Source: Leucoraja erinacea (lineage: Eukaryota). From it: a stretch of DNA of 64,000 nucleotides. The position numbers and the translations under genes were made by a program. Positions 24,421 to 37,430 of the stretch are shown one piece after another. Location of the stretch: assembly GCF_028641065.1 (NCBI RefSeq), contig NC_073394.1, positions 14,012,001 through 14,076,000 of the forward strand. The letters run 5' to 3'. How positions within the stretch are numbered: the stretch's first letter is position 1; the number at the start of each line of letters is the position of its first letter. The notes beneath the pieces were generated by a model. It ran no database searches and was not told where the DNA came from. It saw only the letters and a list, made by a program, of their open reading frames with translations.

Positions 24421-25744
24421 TTGAAAGCAGTGAATCAGTGGACATATTCAAACAGTTATTTTAACCAATGTTTTTGTAATGAGCTTCAAAAACCTGTCTA
24501 CATCCGTGTTTGAGTGAACATTTTTATTTAATGTGTGTTAAGTATCTTCATCTCAAGTGATTATTAAAAAATATCACATATTACAACTGCGACAAACTTT
24601 GCATTTCAATGACACAAAGCTTTATCAATATCTGCAGCTGTGCATGAAATTGAATTGTAGTTCGTGTACTTGTTTATTGAATGCAAGACACCGCATCATT
24701 CACATGCTATCTGCTGTTTGTAGACAGTGCTACATGTCCTGTTCGTTGGTTGCACACGTCAATAGGAGTGCTGAAATTATAACCTTTAAGCTGCCCTGTA
24801 CATATAGTAATGGAGGAGAGCATTGGTGCTTGGAGTCAGGAAGGAAAATTAGTATAATATGTGAGAGGCCAAAAAGTGCTGGAGTAACTCAAGAGACAGT
24901 GGCCAGTGGACTGTCGAAAACCCAGTTTCAGAGGGTTTTCTCTGGGTTCTCTTGTTTCCTCCCACACTCCAAAGGCATACAGGTTTGTCGGCTAATTGGC
25001 TAGGTTAAATTGTAAATTGTCCCTAATGGGTGTAGGATAGTGTTGGTCTACAGGGATTGCTGGTTGGCGTGGACTCGGTGGGCCGAAGGGCCGTATCTCT
25101 AAACTAAAACAGAACTAAACAAAACTAAACTGAATAGGTCAGACAGCATCTATGGAGAACATGGATAGGCAACATTTTGCATGTGGCCCAAAATGCCACC
25201 TATCCACATTTTCCAGAGATGCTGCTTGACCCACTCAGTAGCTCCAAAACTTAGTGTCCACCTTCGTAAACCTACATTTGCAGTTCCTCTTTTTTGCTCT
25301 ATAACACGTGGGAGAGCAGACTTGGCATAGGAGCTGGTGCAAATATGTTCTATATCCCCAGGGCCCAAGAAACTCTCCAAATGCACATGCAGAAGGCAGA
25401 TAGAACAGATAGGCCAAGCACGCAACCCCAGTGCACAGTTACAAGGAGCTGTTGCAGTGTCCCAAGTAATTCTGTGACTGCAAGCTTGATCAAATTCAGA
25501 GCCTGCATCCTCAATTAACTGACTACACCCACCAACACTCCTTACTTCACTTTCATACAGGACTCATGCATTCAGTGCTACCAGATAATTCAAAGCCATG
25601 CTCACTTCACTCCTAACTTTCCATCTGTAGCAACCAAGCAGATTGCATGACACTCGCAGTTACACAATTACACGATGTCCTCACCTACAGGGTTGCGGAT
25701 TGGCTCAGCAATAAGTGCTGCTCCCTCAAAGCTCGCAAACGTGA

Positions 25745-26070
25745 TTTAGTTTAGAGATACAGCATGGAAACAGGGTTTTCGACCAACGAGTCCACGCCAA
25801 CCATTGGTCTTCAATTCCCACTGGTTCTATGTTATCCCACTTTCATAATCACTCCCTACACACTAGGGGCAATTTACAGAGGCTAATTAACCCACAAACC
25901 CGCACGTCTTGTCTTTGGGATGTGGGAGAAAACCAGACCACCCAGAGGAAACCCATGTGGTCACAGGGAGAACATCCAAACTCCGCACAGACAGCAGCTG
26001 AGGTCAGGATTGAACCTGGGTCTCTGGAGCTGTGAGGCTGTGGCTCTAGCAGCTGCACTCCTGTGCTGCC
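25745..26070 (-). mobile_element. V-SINE (HE1-like), with partial plus-strand copy adjoining to ~26200
   Basis: V domain and (taaac)n tail on minus strand. Confidence 0.82.
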
Positions 26071-26364
26071 CCTGATCTTTGGTGCTGTTTATGTAGAGTT
26101 TGTATGTCCTCCCTGTGACCACATTAGCTACCCCTGAATGCTCTAGTTTCATTCCACACCTTAAAAATGTACTGATTGTAGGTTAATTGACTACTCTAAA
26201 TCAGGATTTGTTTCGGGCACGCACCTTTTGTTCAAAAAGTTGTGAACATGTATACGTTTTTGTATCCTACATTTTAATAGCATTTTTCTATATGTTATTG
26301 TATGTAATTTTAATGGTTAATCAAAAGGGACTGATACGCAGCCATCATTTCTTCCTTTGAGATA

Positions 26365-26665
26365 TAGTTTAGTTTAATTTAGTTTAGAGATAAAATGCGG
26401 AAACAGGCCCTTCAGCCCACCGAGTCCGCACTGACCATCAATTCCCACACATCAATGCTATCCTACACACACTAAGGACAATTTTACATTTACACCAAAC
26501 TAATTAACCTACAAACCTGACCGTCGGAGGTGTGGGAGGAAACTGAAGACCTTGCAGAAAACCGACGCAGGTCACGGGGGGAATGAACAAACTCCGTACA
26601 GACAAGCACCTGTATTCAGGATCGAACCCTGGTCTTTGGCACTGTGATGCAGCAGCTCCATCGCT
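26365..26665 (-). mobile_element. V-SINE (HE1-like)
   Basis: V domain and tail. Confidence 0.85.
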
Positions 26666-26737
26666 AGAACTCATTTCAGAATGAGATTTGTCTTCTCAAG
26701 TAGTGAACACTCGAGGATAATGTTTAACCTACGTGGG

Positions 26738-26970
26738 GAAACATAGAAACATAGAAATTAGGTGCAGGAGTAGGCCATTCGGCCCTTCGAGCCCTGCACC
26801 GCCATTCAATATGATCATGGCTGATCATCCAACTCAGTATCCCGTACCTGCCTTCTCTCCATACCCTCTGATCCCCTTAGCCACAAGGGCCACATCTAAC
26901 TCCCTCTTAAATATAGCCAATGAACTGGCCTCGACTACCCTCTGCGGCAGAGAGTTCAAGAGACTCACCA
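26738..26970 (-). mobile_element. Young CR1 LINE 3' fragment
   Basis: NSLPQRVVEASSLAIFKRELDVALVAKGIRGYGEKAG; CR1 tail. Confidence 0.92.
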
Positions 26971-28429
26971 AGTGAGTGGAACTGGAGACAGGAGTGGGAG
27001 TTCTGCATTCCAACAGTTTGGGTCTTTGTCTTTGGACATTATAGATACGGCATGAAAACAGGCCTTTCAGCCAACCGAGTTTGGACCGACCAGCGATCAC
27101 CCCGTGCACTAACTTACACACACTGGGGACAATTTTACAACTTACTAAAGCCAAATAACCTACAAACCTGCATGCCTTTGGAGTGCACGTCCTGGTGTTG
27201 AAGGTAAATATGTAGCAATCCAGGGCAGGTGGCAATGATAGTGGAGGTGCTTGTATAATTCCTGACAGCTGCTATTTGGATCACAAAATCATATCCATGG
27301 CATCCAAAGCCATTAAACCCAGTTTTCCATCTGTAATATCCTAATGTCTTTTGCACAATTGAGCACACAAGTATGAAATGTAGCAGAACTATGGATACAC
27401 ATATTACTGAGGCATTATTAAAATGCTGGCATCCTTATATTCAAACAGCTTGTGTGATACATCAAACATCTAGTTTAATTCCCAGCCACTGGCTAACAAC
27501 CAAGCCTTCTTGTTCTATGTTTACGTTTAGGCCCCAAGAGAACTGTTATTGAGGTTCTGATCTCATAATGTCCTTCCTCGCTACAGAAGGGTAATGGGGT
27601 CCCCAAGGACATCAGAAATCTTTTGGTAACTGACAACATGGAGGAATAAACCAACCAATTAGTCAAAATTAAAATTACAGAATTGGCTCAGTGGCACATA
27701 CAATTGACACATACAATTGACATTCACAGTTTACAGTAACAGTTTACGGTTTTATCTGCAAACCATCAGAATTATTGCTGAGGCTTTGGTGAAAATAGAG
27801 CCGTAAGACTTTTTCTCTATTATTTCAGGTCTTCTCTGTATCATAATGGAAGTTCATGAAAAGGAGAACAAACCTTCTCCAAAGTGGTAGGTATCCCATT
27901 AAGCACATCCAATTAAGTATATTAAAGCTCTTAATAAATTTCATTCTACTTGAGAAGAATATAGTGCACTGGTGTGCAGAGAGAATGTCTACAGATTGCT
28001 TAGTATACTTGAAGGGACGTGCGTGACAGATTTGCAACATGGCATCAGGCACACTGACTTAGAACTAGTGGCAAAGAACTTTGCCAACTCCAAGTGGTCT
28101 GAGACGCATGGTGTGTGCTTAACACTTGTTTGTCCACTGCATTGCAGGCAACGCATTTGAGTTTTAGGGCCTTCTCTTTTACATGATTTTAACATGACCC
28201 GATGTGATCCATATCTTTCATTGGCATCAACAATCAACACCCATGACAGGAATGACTACAGCTGCTTAAAGGCAGCCTGCAGCTCTAATGTCTGAGGTAA
28301 CAAATGGTGCATCTTCCTCTAAAGGAATTTACTCTTTGGTACGATGGCTGAACGCACACGAAAGATCGAGCATCAATGTTTCAGCAATGTGCTTTGGAAA
28401 ATGAGGAAAGAGGTTCTGTATCCAAGGTG

Positions 28430-28597
28430 TAGGAAGGAACTCTAGATGTTGATTTAAACCGAAGATAGATACAAATAGCTGGAATAACTCAGCAGGACAA
28501 GGGTCTGAAGAAGGGTCTTGACCCGAAACGTCACCCATTCCTTCTCTCCAGAGAAGCTGCCTGTCCTGCCGAGTTACTCCAGATTTTTGTATCTACC
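28430..28597. mobile_element. Palindromic PLE-derived element, 16-bp TSD
   Basis: TSD ttctgtatccaaggtg at 28414-28429 and 28598-28613. Confidence 0.85.
28501..28536 (+). ncRNA. Minimal type I hammerhead ribozyme-like motif
   Basis: gggt (stem I) ctgaaga a gggt-cttg-accc (stem II) gaaac gtc accc (stem I'); activity untested. Confidence 0.6.
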
Positions 28598-29011
28598 TTC
28601 TGTATCCAAGGTGGCATTTTTTTTAGGGAAATGACAGAAAACCGTTCAAATGAATGCCGAGAGAGCAACATAAACATACAGAAGCAGAGATCATGGAGGT
28701 CGGGAGAGCGGCTTCAACACCATAAATGTTTGGATTAAGGTATTTAACAATCACATAAGAGTAACTAAGATGAGTCAGTTCATCTCCAACTCTACTATTA
28801 GTTACATAGACTGTTCATTTCTCTACAGCCTTTTACCTGACCATGATCAAATGAGACAACCCTAACAAATAGATGTATCACAATCAGCAGTGGCCCCAAT
28901 CCGGTACCCACAATTCGCAGCTAATTATCCACCCACAACCAAGTATCATCTAATAAATTGAACGAGAGGATGATGCATAATACTAGAAAGTAGTAAAGAA
29001 ATGGCAGACCA

Positions 29012-29308
29012 TGGGCAGCACGGTGAAATAGTGGTAGAGTTGCTGCCTTACAGTGCCAGAGACTGGGGTTCAATCCTGACTATATAACGCCTATATGGAG
29101 TTTGTACTTTTTCCCCGTGACCTGCATGGGATTTCGCCGGGAGCTCTGGTTTCCTCCCACACTCTAAAGACGCGTAGGTTTGTAGGCTAATTGGCTTTGA
29201 TAAAATTGTAAATTGTAAATTGTCCCTAGTGTGTACAGGATAATGCTAGTGTAAGGGGATCGCTGGTCAACACTGTCTCGGTGGGCCAAAGGGCCCATTT
29301 CTACACTG
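29012..29308 (+). mobile_element. V-SINE (HE1-like)
   Basis: tRNA head, V domain. Confidence 0.88.
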
Positions 29309-29312
29309 CAGA

Positions 29313-29565
29313 TTAGTTTAATTTAGAGATACAGAGCGGAAACAGGCTCTTTGGCCCACTGGGTCCCCGCCGACCAGCGATCCACGTACACCAACACTAT
29401 CCTACACACACTAGGGATAATTTACAATTTACATTTTGTACCAAAGCCAAATCCTTTGGAGTGTGGGAGGAAACCGGAGCACCTGGAGAAAACCCACACA
29501 GTCACAGGAAGAACATACAAACTCTGTACAGACAGCACCCGTAGTCAGGATCGAACCCGGATCTG
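29313..29565 (-). mobile_element. V-SINE (HE1-like), tail-to-tail with previous copy
   Basis: Reverse-complement V domain and tail. Confidence 0.88.
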
Positions 29566-30357
29566 ATCACGTTTAACCCAACCTTCCCTACAATGAAAGA
29601 AAAGGTTGGGGATGGGTTTCTTAAATTTGCACTGAAACTCACTTTGAACACACCATTTTATACCTGATTAGTTTATTGGTATCAGCAGAACTCACTTAGA
29701 AGGTGCAAGTCAGTTATTTAAATGTATATGTGGAGCTGTGTTGCACATCGTTGTGTGCCTTTCGAGTGTAATGGCTGCTGACCTGACTCGTTGATGTTAG
29801 TGAAATCTAGAAGCTAAAGGCCCTGCAGATAAGTGGTTTTACAGCCCTGTTCATATCTTACCAGTTAATGTTTTATATCTGCAAAGCCCAATGGAGTTAT
29901 TACATTGCATGATAGATTCATGAAAATAAATGTGTAAATTGCTATTGTGGAATAAATTATATCTATTGCTGCATGATTGTGAATTCTTGCTATTTTGACA
30001 AATTTGAGCAAATTGGGACATAAAAGGGCAGGGTAAGGAGTTCAAATAATTGATTACTAGATTTTGTGCAGAGTACAAAATCAACACATGCTTTGGGTTT
30101 GATGACGTGTGAGATAAATGACTGTAGAGGAATAATATCTTTCCTCAATCCAGCGGGCAGTGTTCACCATCATTCGTTGCAGTTGAAAATATTGATCAGG
30201 ACTTTTGTCTGCTTTGCACTGGTTTATATGCAAAGAATGTTAGCTTTTCTTACAATCTACTAATTGTGGGACTGGTTTAGCATGGGTACTCTCTGATGCT
30301 GTTTAGATTGTATCACCATGAATTATAGTTCTGTCAATATTTCTTTCAATGTCATAC

Positions 30358-31192
30358 ATTTAGTTTAGTTTAGAAATACAGCGTTGAAATTGGCCCATTG
30401 GCCCACCGTGTCTGCGCTGACCAGTGATCACCTGTACACTAGTTCTACTCTGCACACTAGGGACAATTTACAGAAACCAATAAACCTACAAACCTGCGCG
30501 TCTTTAGAATGCGGATGAAAACGGGAGCACCCGGAGAAAACCCGCTCGGTCACAGGGAGAATGTGCAAACTCCGTACAGACAGCACCCATCATCAGGATT
30601 AAACCCTGGTGCTGTAATACCCCTGTCCCACTTAGGAAACCTGAACGGAAACCTCTGGAGACTTTGCGCCCCATCCAATGTTTCTGTGCGGTTCCCGGAG
30701 GTTTCTGTCAGTCTCCCTAATGGTCGAAAGTGGTTTCTGCTTCTTCTATGTTCCAACGATTATTTCAAAAAATTCAAAACCGGCCGCAACTAAAAATAGG
30801 TTGCTGTTTTAAAAATCGGCATTTTTTTAATCGAAGCCGGTTGCGATGCTAGTTGAAGATGGTTGCTGGAGGTTGCAAGTAGTGGAAGGTCTTATCTTCC
30901 ACTACCTGCAACCACCTTCAACTAGCATCGCAACCGGCTTCGACTAAAAAAATTACCGATTTTCAAAATGAGAACCTATTTTTAGTCGTGGCCGGTTTTG
31001 AATTTTTTGAAATAATCGCCGGAACATAGAAGAAACGGAAACTACTTTCGACCATTAGGGAGACTGACAAAAACCTCCGGGAACCGCACGGAAACCTTGG
31101 GTGGGGCGCAAAGTCTCCAGAGGTTTCCGTTCAGGTTTCCTAAGTGGGACAGGGGCATGCGACAGCAACTCTACCGCTGCACCACTGTGCCC
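30358..31192 (-). mobile_element. V-SINE split by a MITE insertion
   Basis: SINE body 30358-30616 continues as cagcaactctaccgctgcaccactgtgccc after 31158. Confidence 0.85.
30617..31158. mobile_element. Harbinger-type fold-back MITE (~540-bp palindrome)
   Basis: cccctgtcccacttaggaaacctgaacggaaacctctggagactttgcgcccc mirrored at the right end; arms pair almost to the centre (~30890). Confidence 0.9.
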
Positions 31193-31689
31193 ATGATCAT
31201 AAGGTCACATAAGCTTTCCTAACTTTATTCCTGAAGGAGGAGGAAAAGAAGTACTTTGAATACTTTCAGCAACGTCGGAGAAGAGCATGTTACTAAATGT
31301 AAATGAACAATCGTGTTTCAGATGGATTTAGAATATCCTAGCAAATGTGGAACTGTAAACCTATTCAAGAGGATTTGCAACATTCCGTGTACCATTCAAA
31401 GATTATTAGTGCACTCATTTTCTATCCTATTGAAGTTTTCGAAGACCTCTGATTTCTGAAAGCATTGTTTAAATTTATTTGCAAACGTATATCAATGGTT
31501 ACCAAGGATACTTGGGAGAAAGAAACAATGCCCTTGGCTCCAGTGAGCTGCTGATTTGGCCAAACTGCAAATGATAGATGAGACCCTTAAAAGGCCTGTG
31601 AACCCCGTGGGATAGCGTATCTTTAAATAAATAAAAAGGGATGCTCTTTCATTGACACAAAAGCAAAATATAGTGGATGCTGGAAACCT

Positions 31690-33260
31690 ACAGGGATTTA
31701 TCTGAGATTATTATGAGATGCCAGGGAAGAGATTGTGGGGACCTTGTCAAAGATCTCTGCATCTTCTTTAGCCATAGTCAAGGTCCCAGAGGACTGTAGA
31801 GTAGTCAATGATGTTCCTTTGTATAAGACAGGAATTGTAGGCCAGTAGGTCTCACATCAGTGGTAAGGAAGATACGGGAAATGATTCTCCAGGATGGGAT
31901 TACTCCCAGGTGGATGCGAATGGGCTAATCAAGGAGAAGTCAGCTTAACTTTTTTAAGTGGCATGTCATATCTTCATAACTTGCTTTTTTGATGAGGTGA
32001 CAAAGGTGATTGATGAGGTCAGGCTGGTGAATGTTATCTGCATGGATTTTAGTAAGATATTTGATAAAGTCTCCCATGGTAGGCTGATCCAGAAGATTAA
32101 AGCCCCTGTCCCACTTGGGCGACCTCCACCACGACCCATAGTCACGGCAAGGTCGCCACGAGGTCGTAGGAGGTCTTCGTCACTCTCTTTCATGGTCGAG
32201 AGTGGTCTACGCGTAGTCGAGGCTTCAGCGAGGTCGCGGCGTATTTTTCAAGATGTTAAAAATTGACCGTGACGAAAAATAGGTCGCCGAGGGAAAAATC
32301 TATATTTTTTTTAGTGGTAGGTCTAGTCGAAGCCGGTCGTAGTAGGTCGTGATGCTAGTCGAAGGGGGGTCGAAGGTAATAGCTCCGTGGTGAAAAAAAG
32401 GTCAGTAGAAAAAAAAAGGTGATTTAAACGGCAGCATGTCACCTCTTTCACTCCAAGGCACGTTCATTCATAGCTGGAGAATTTTTTGGAGAGGAGACTT
32501 GTGTTTTAGAGATGGCACCAAAAAGGCAGCAGTGCAGGGGGTGGGCACAACCCTAAAAAAAATACTGCCATGCAGGTGTTGCCCACCCAGGAGGAGGAGT
32601 AGCAGAGGTGATACCACAGGAGGTGATTGTGCAGGAGTAGGTAGCCCTGCATGAGAGACCCCTGGAGGAGGAGACCAGGGTGGTAGTATATGTCCCCACC
32701 ACCACCCCACCCTCGCTGCCTCATTTGAAGGCAGCTAAGCAGCCCTTTCGCCTGTGTCTGACACAGAATCAGAGGCAGATGCCCCATTGGTGGTGAGGGA
32801 AGGCTGGAGGAAGGTTATGCCCGACACCTTCACCAGTCAGCAGGAGGGGGACCTTGAGGAATGGTTCCAGCAGAATGCCATCCTGTACGGAAAGGAAAAT
32901 GAGGGGTACAGTGACAGGGACAAGAATGGCATGCTTGCCATCCACTGCCCCACATGTGTGCTTAAAGTTCCATCTTTTGTCAAAGCTCTCTATAAGATTG
33001 GTTAGGCTACATGTAGAGTGCTGCATGCAATTCTAGTCACCTCAAAATTGGAGGGAACGTTTTTTCAGCCGCCACAAACTGTATCTTTTGACTGGTGGCA
33101 GCCAAATCTCCCTTCGGGATAAACAAAGTTATATCGTATTTTATGATAACACAGGAAGGGTGTGGAGGCTTGGAGAGGCTGCAGAAGAGGATTACCAAAA
33201 TGCTGCTTGGATTAGATGATATTAGCTACAAGGAGAGGTTGGACAAACTTATTGATCTTG
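31690..33260 (+). mobile_element. Degenerate CR1 RT fragment interrupted by Harbinger derivative
   Basis: FFDEVTKVIDE...MDFSKIFDKVSHGRLIQKIK up to 32100; resumes near 32988 with LVRLHVECCMQF. Confidence 0.8.
32101..32988 (+). mobile_element. PIF/Harbinger deletion derivative with left TIR, MADF/Myb-like ORF remnant (+) and transposase remnant (-)
   Basis: taa|agcccctgtcccact TIR; plus strand FTSQQEGDLEEWFQQNAILYGKENEGYSDRDK; minus strand FDKRWNFKHTCGAVDGKH. Confidence 0.8.
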
Positions 33261-33769
33261 GATGAAAGAGGATAAGCTTCAGGACCATTTAAATATGTTC
33301 GGGGGTTGGGCAGGCAAGTGAAATTCAATACATGCAGAGACCTTGGACAGGAATATCCAGGATTGATACAGAAATAGAAAGTGTTGCAGGAATCCAGATT
33401 GATAGTAACTTTCACAACAACATGTCGCAACTGTGAAAAAGGCAATTGGGATGTGCTGATGTGGTGCAATGTAACCTGCTCACGATGGACACTAATGCCA
33501 TTGTTTGTTTGTTCTTATTAATCAACACTTCATATTTTTCATTAATATTAATGGTTTTCTGATAATATATCCCTTCCCATCTATTCCCCCCCCCCCCCCC
33601 CCCCCCCCCCCACCCCCCCCCCCCCGCCCCTGTAAAAGAAAATGATCATCATTGATTACTTTTAATTAGTTTTAATGTGTCTCTGAACAGGGTTGATTTT
33701 TTGGAACTGTGTAGTTTGGATACAAGTAATTTGTCAGTATCCAAAATGGTGCTTCCATTTTCATGGCTC

Positions 33770-34020
33770 ATTCAAAGGTGAAACTTTTTCACTCGGACGG
33801 TAATGGGTATGTGGAATGTCCTGCCAGAGGAGTGGTTGAGGCAGGTATTACAAACAGCAACTGAAAGACACTTTGGACAGATTCAAGGATAGGAAAGGTT
33901 TAGACGGATATGAGCCAAATATGGGACAATGGGACTAGCTTAGATGGCGATATCTTGGCTGACATGGACAGGTTGGGCCAATGGACCCGTTTCTATGTTG
34001 TTTGGCTTCATGACTCTAAT
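33770..34020 (+). mobile_element. CR1 3' end
   Basis: FFTRTVMGMWNVLPEE and CR1 3' UTR with tatgactct-like tail. Confidence 0.8.
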
Positions 34021-36318
34021 AGGAAAGAATATGTGATTAAAAAACTATCTTAATGTTTGCCCAGATGATTTACGAGTAAGATGTTCAACGTTATATTTCT
34101 GGGGCAGGGTCTGAACCAACAACTTTCCAACTAAAAGGCGAGGGTGGCAATTTATTTGCTATAGGAAGTCTTTGAAGCGAGTAATGGTAGGAATTACCTC
34201 ATCAGTCATTAAAAGACGACTACTAAGCAAAAGGTGTTCATGGAGGAAATGTTAGCGAGTTAGAGCCGTCAATATAAGGTAATGTAAAGCCACACAGAAG
34301 AGACAAGCCACACTCACTGTATGAAGGGACAGGCAGTGACTAAAGCAATTCCAGAGGGTGCCTTCTATTATCTCCGGAGGTGGACAGTGGCTCTGGGGAC
34401 TATTAACCATCTGGATAAAATCTGTCAAACCCTCTCTGACCGTTGTTGGTGTTAGAAACAAGAAATCACTGCGATCTTTCTGTGACATGTGAATCTGATG
34501 AAAAATATTGCAGGAATACACTTCATATTTAAATCGTCTTGTTGCCAAAGCTCCTGACATGGTCACTTCATTTTTTTTCTTAACAAATGTGACCAGGAAA
34601 GCAACTTGCAGTGTATCTGTTTATTGGTATCTATGAGAGAGCCCTGCCTTGTAAAACCTTCACATGACCATGATCAGCAAAACTTAGTCTCAGTATGGAC
34701 CACGAACAAAATAAATCAATGTATACAACACATTAGATCCATCTAATAAACTACAAATACAAAAACTGTTGACATGATAATATTACATTTGCATACTTCA
34801 TTTCATTTAAATGCTACTGCTCATACCTAGATATCTAACCAGGTTGGTTTGTGTGATGGTCTGGGGTGCGCCGACAATTCTATGAAATTTCTTGCTAGTA
34901 TGGTTCAAGCAAACCATTGCTATATCAAAGGACGAACAATTCAGAATTGGATGCATGAACTAATTAGTACATTTCACATTATTTGGCCACCGGAAACCAG
35001 ATCTATTTTACTACATGTACTTCTTCTATAACACATATTATCGTAATGCTTATTTTCATAATGCGATGGATGAATTTGGTACACTTATTTGCATTACATG
35101 GTTGTGAAGTGATTTTGATTGGAAACTACAGAACCACTTAAGTTACTTTGGCAAAAAAAACATTGTCTTGGAAAGAAAACAGTCCAGGATTTTTCCATGT
35201 AATCTCTGTGCAGCAATAAGACAATCTTATCTCTTAAGAAGGCAGTCTGTAATTTCACCACGAATCATCAAGAATCACTTTGGTTGACACTTGTCTAATG
35301 ATACTCGATATAGCTTTTCGTAATTTTAGCTTGCAGTAATAAAAAAAACCAACGCAGCTAATAAAAAGACCTTTATTTTTGAAAACCTTTTGGGAGAAAT
35401 CGCTTTTTTATTACGAATCTGAAATAGCTTAACCCCTAACCCTCTTTTCCCCAATGACACTATTGTTTTTACAACACAATTTTCAATAAACACAAGTTTG
35501 TTTTTTTAAGAACAAACCTATACTGTCACAGCAGAATTACCTGCGTTAGCTAAAATTTTAATGAAATTTGTAATTTCAAGGTCAAATCAACTTACATGGA
35601 AAATCTGATGATATACTATTATAATTGAAAATACGTGCAATGTTATGCAATGTCATGCCTACTATGTTCTGTTGTGCTGAAGCAACGCAAGAATTTCATT
35701 GTCCTATCAGGGACACATGACAATAAACTCAGTTGAATCTTGAAATGTTTTTAATTTAAGTCGGTAAAATCTAATTGCGAAGAAGAAATTGTGTAGGACA
35801 CAAACGGTGGCAAGTCTGTGAACATATATTTTGGATTTACTACACTGCTTATTGGTTTCAATAAAGTTGTAGAATGTAAAAAACAATGGGAAGAAGCCAC
35901 TTTGAAAAGCCCAGATCTTCTATAAAGCTTCAATATAAGGCTATAATTTCAAGATGCATTTGCCATGCATCAAAACAGACACTGCAGGACACCTTGTTAT
36001 CATTAAAGCATTTCATAGCAAGTTTTGTTTTTTATTCCAGTTTTGGCATCTGTATGTCACTAGCAAATCCAGAATTCTCAACCCAACTCCAATTGCCCTT
36101 AAGATGGTTGATGAGCCAACTTCCTGAACCACTATCGACTCTTTGAACCCAGCAATATACTTAAGGTGGCTCCAGATATGAGTATATAAATTACAAAGCA
36201 GCAAAGACTACAGGTGGGCTTCTGATTTTGATTAAATAAGACCCGAAAGAGCTGGAGTACTTGAACAGGGCAGGCATCATCTCTGGAGACATGGAATAGG
36301 TGATGCTTCAGCCCCCCT

Positions 36319-36532
36319 TAGAAACATAGAGAATAGGTGCAGGAGTAGGCCATTCGGCCCTTCGAGCCTGCACCGCCATTCAATATGATCATGGCTGATC
36401 ATCCAACTCTGTATCCTGTACCTGCCTTCTCTCCATACCCCCTGATCCCTTTAGCCACAAGGGCCACATCTAACTCCATCTTAAATATAGCCAATAAGCT
36501 GGCCTCAACCACCTTCTGTTGCAGGGAGTTCC
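36319..36532 (-). mobile_element. Young CR1 LINE 3' fragment
   Basis: Same 3' UTR as 4876 and 13203 copies. Confidence 0.9.
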
Positions 36533-36627
36533 TTCTTTAGGCTGATTGCAGTAGGATTTCAATGTCTGGTTGACTAGCTCCCACTTGGATTAATTTTTTG
36601 AGGAGACCTTATGCTACATATTTTAAA

Positions 36628-36720
36628 GGTAGACAAAAATGCTGGAAAACCTCAGCAGGTGAGGCAGCATCTATGGAGCGAAGGAATAGGTGACGTTTCG
36701 GGTCGAGACCCTTCTTCAGC
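36628..36720 (-). mobile_element. PLE-derived short element with intact hammerhead-like core, 14-bp TSD
   Basis: TSD ctacatattttaaa at 36614-36627 and 36721-36734; core at 36692-36719. Confidence 0.88.
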
Positions 36721-37139
36721 CTACATATTTTAAAATAACTTGTGGCTAGTCAATATATTATGGAATTTAAAAAGAACTGTTGCCAAATATTCTTTAAAAA
36801 ATCTATTAACAAGTAGAATCAAAGTACTGGAGTAATTCAGCGGGTCATGCAGCATCTCTGTAGAATATGGATAGGTGATGCTTAATATGAGGAGGGGGGG
36901 GGATGATAGTTCTGATGGAGGTTAACAGTTTTTTGCTGCTAAGAATATTTCTGAAGTGGAGATCTACATAAGTGGGGATTTATCATACCTTGTTAAACCA
37001 TCAGATGAGCCTTATTCATGTAGCCTTAAATACATGGAGCTTGATCTTGTTTTGGTGGATCAATAGATTTTTATAGTGACATGAGGGAATAATGGAATAT
37101 CGAAGTTGGTCAATAATCAACAATATCTTCCAAAATGGT

Positions 37140-37430
37140 GGTGCAAGAAGGAACTGCAGATGCTGGTTTATGCTGGAGATAGACACAACAAACTGGAGTA
37201 ACACAGCGGGTCAGGCAGCATCTCGGGAGAAAATGAATGGGTGATGTTTTGGATCGAGACCCTTCTTCAGGCTAAGAGTCAGGGGAAAGGGAAATGAGAG
37301 ATATAGATGGAAACAGGAGTTATAAAAGGTCCATAGAACAAATGAATGAAAGATATGCAAAAAGCAATGATGATCAAGGAAAGGTGGAGCCCACAATGGT
37401 CCACTGTTAGCTGTGGATTAGATAATGCAG
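37140..37430 (-). mobile_element. Penelope terminal repeat / 3' UTR fragment
   Basis: Family body plus purine-rich extension typical of the PLE 3' UTR seen at 640-900 and 40140-40450. Confidence 0.7.

Noticed and set aside
27696-27723. 13-bp tandem duplication cacatacaattga
   Set aside because: Ordinary slippage event with no associated structure
27829-27886. Plus-strand exon candidate encoding MEVHEKENKPSPK
   Set aside because: Good splice sites but very short, with no recognisable homolog or partner exons; same for 3971-4018 and an 18-nt candidate near 41237
33586-33630. Poly-C tract as regulatory G4
   Set aside because: Homopolymer length is unreliable and there is no supporting context
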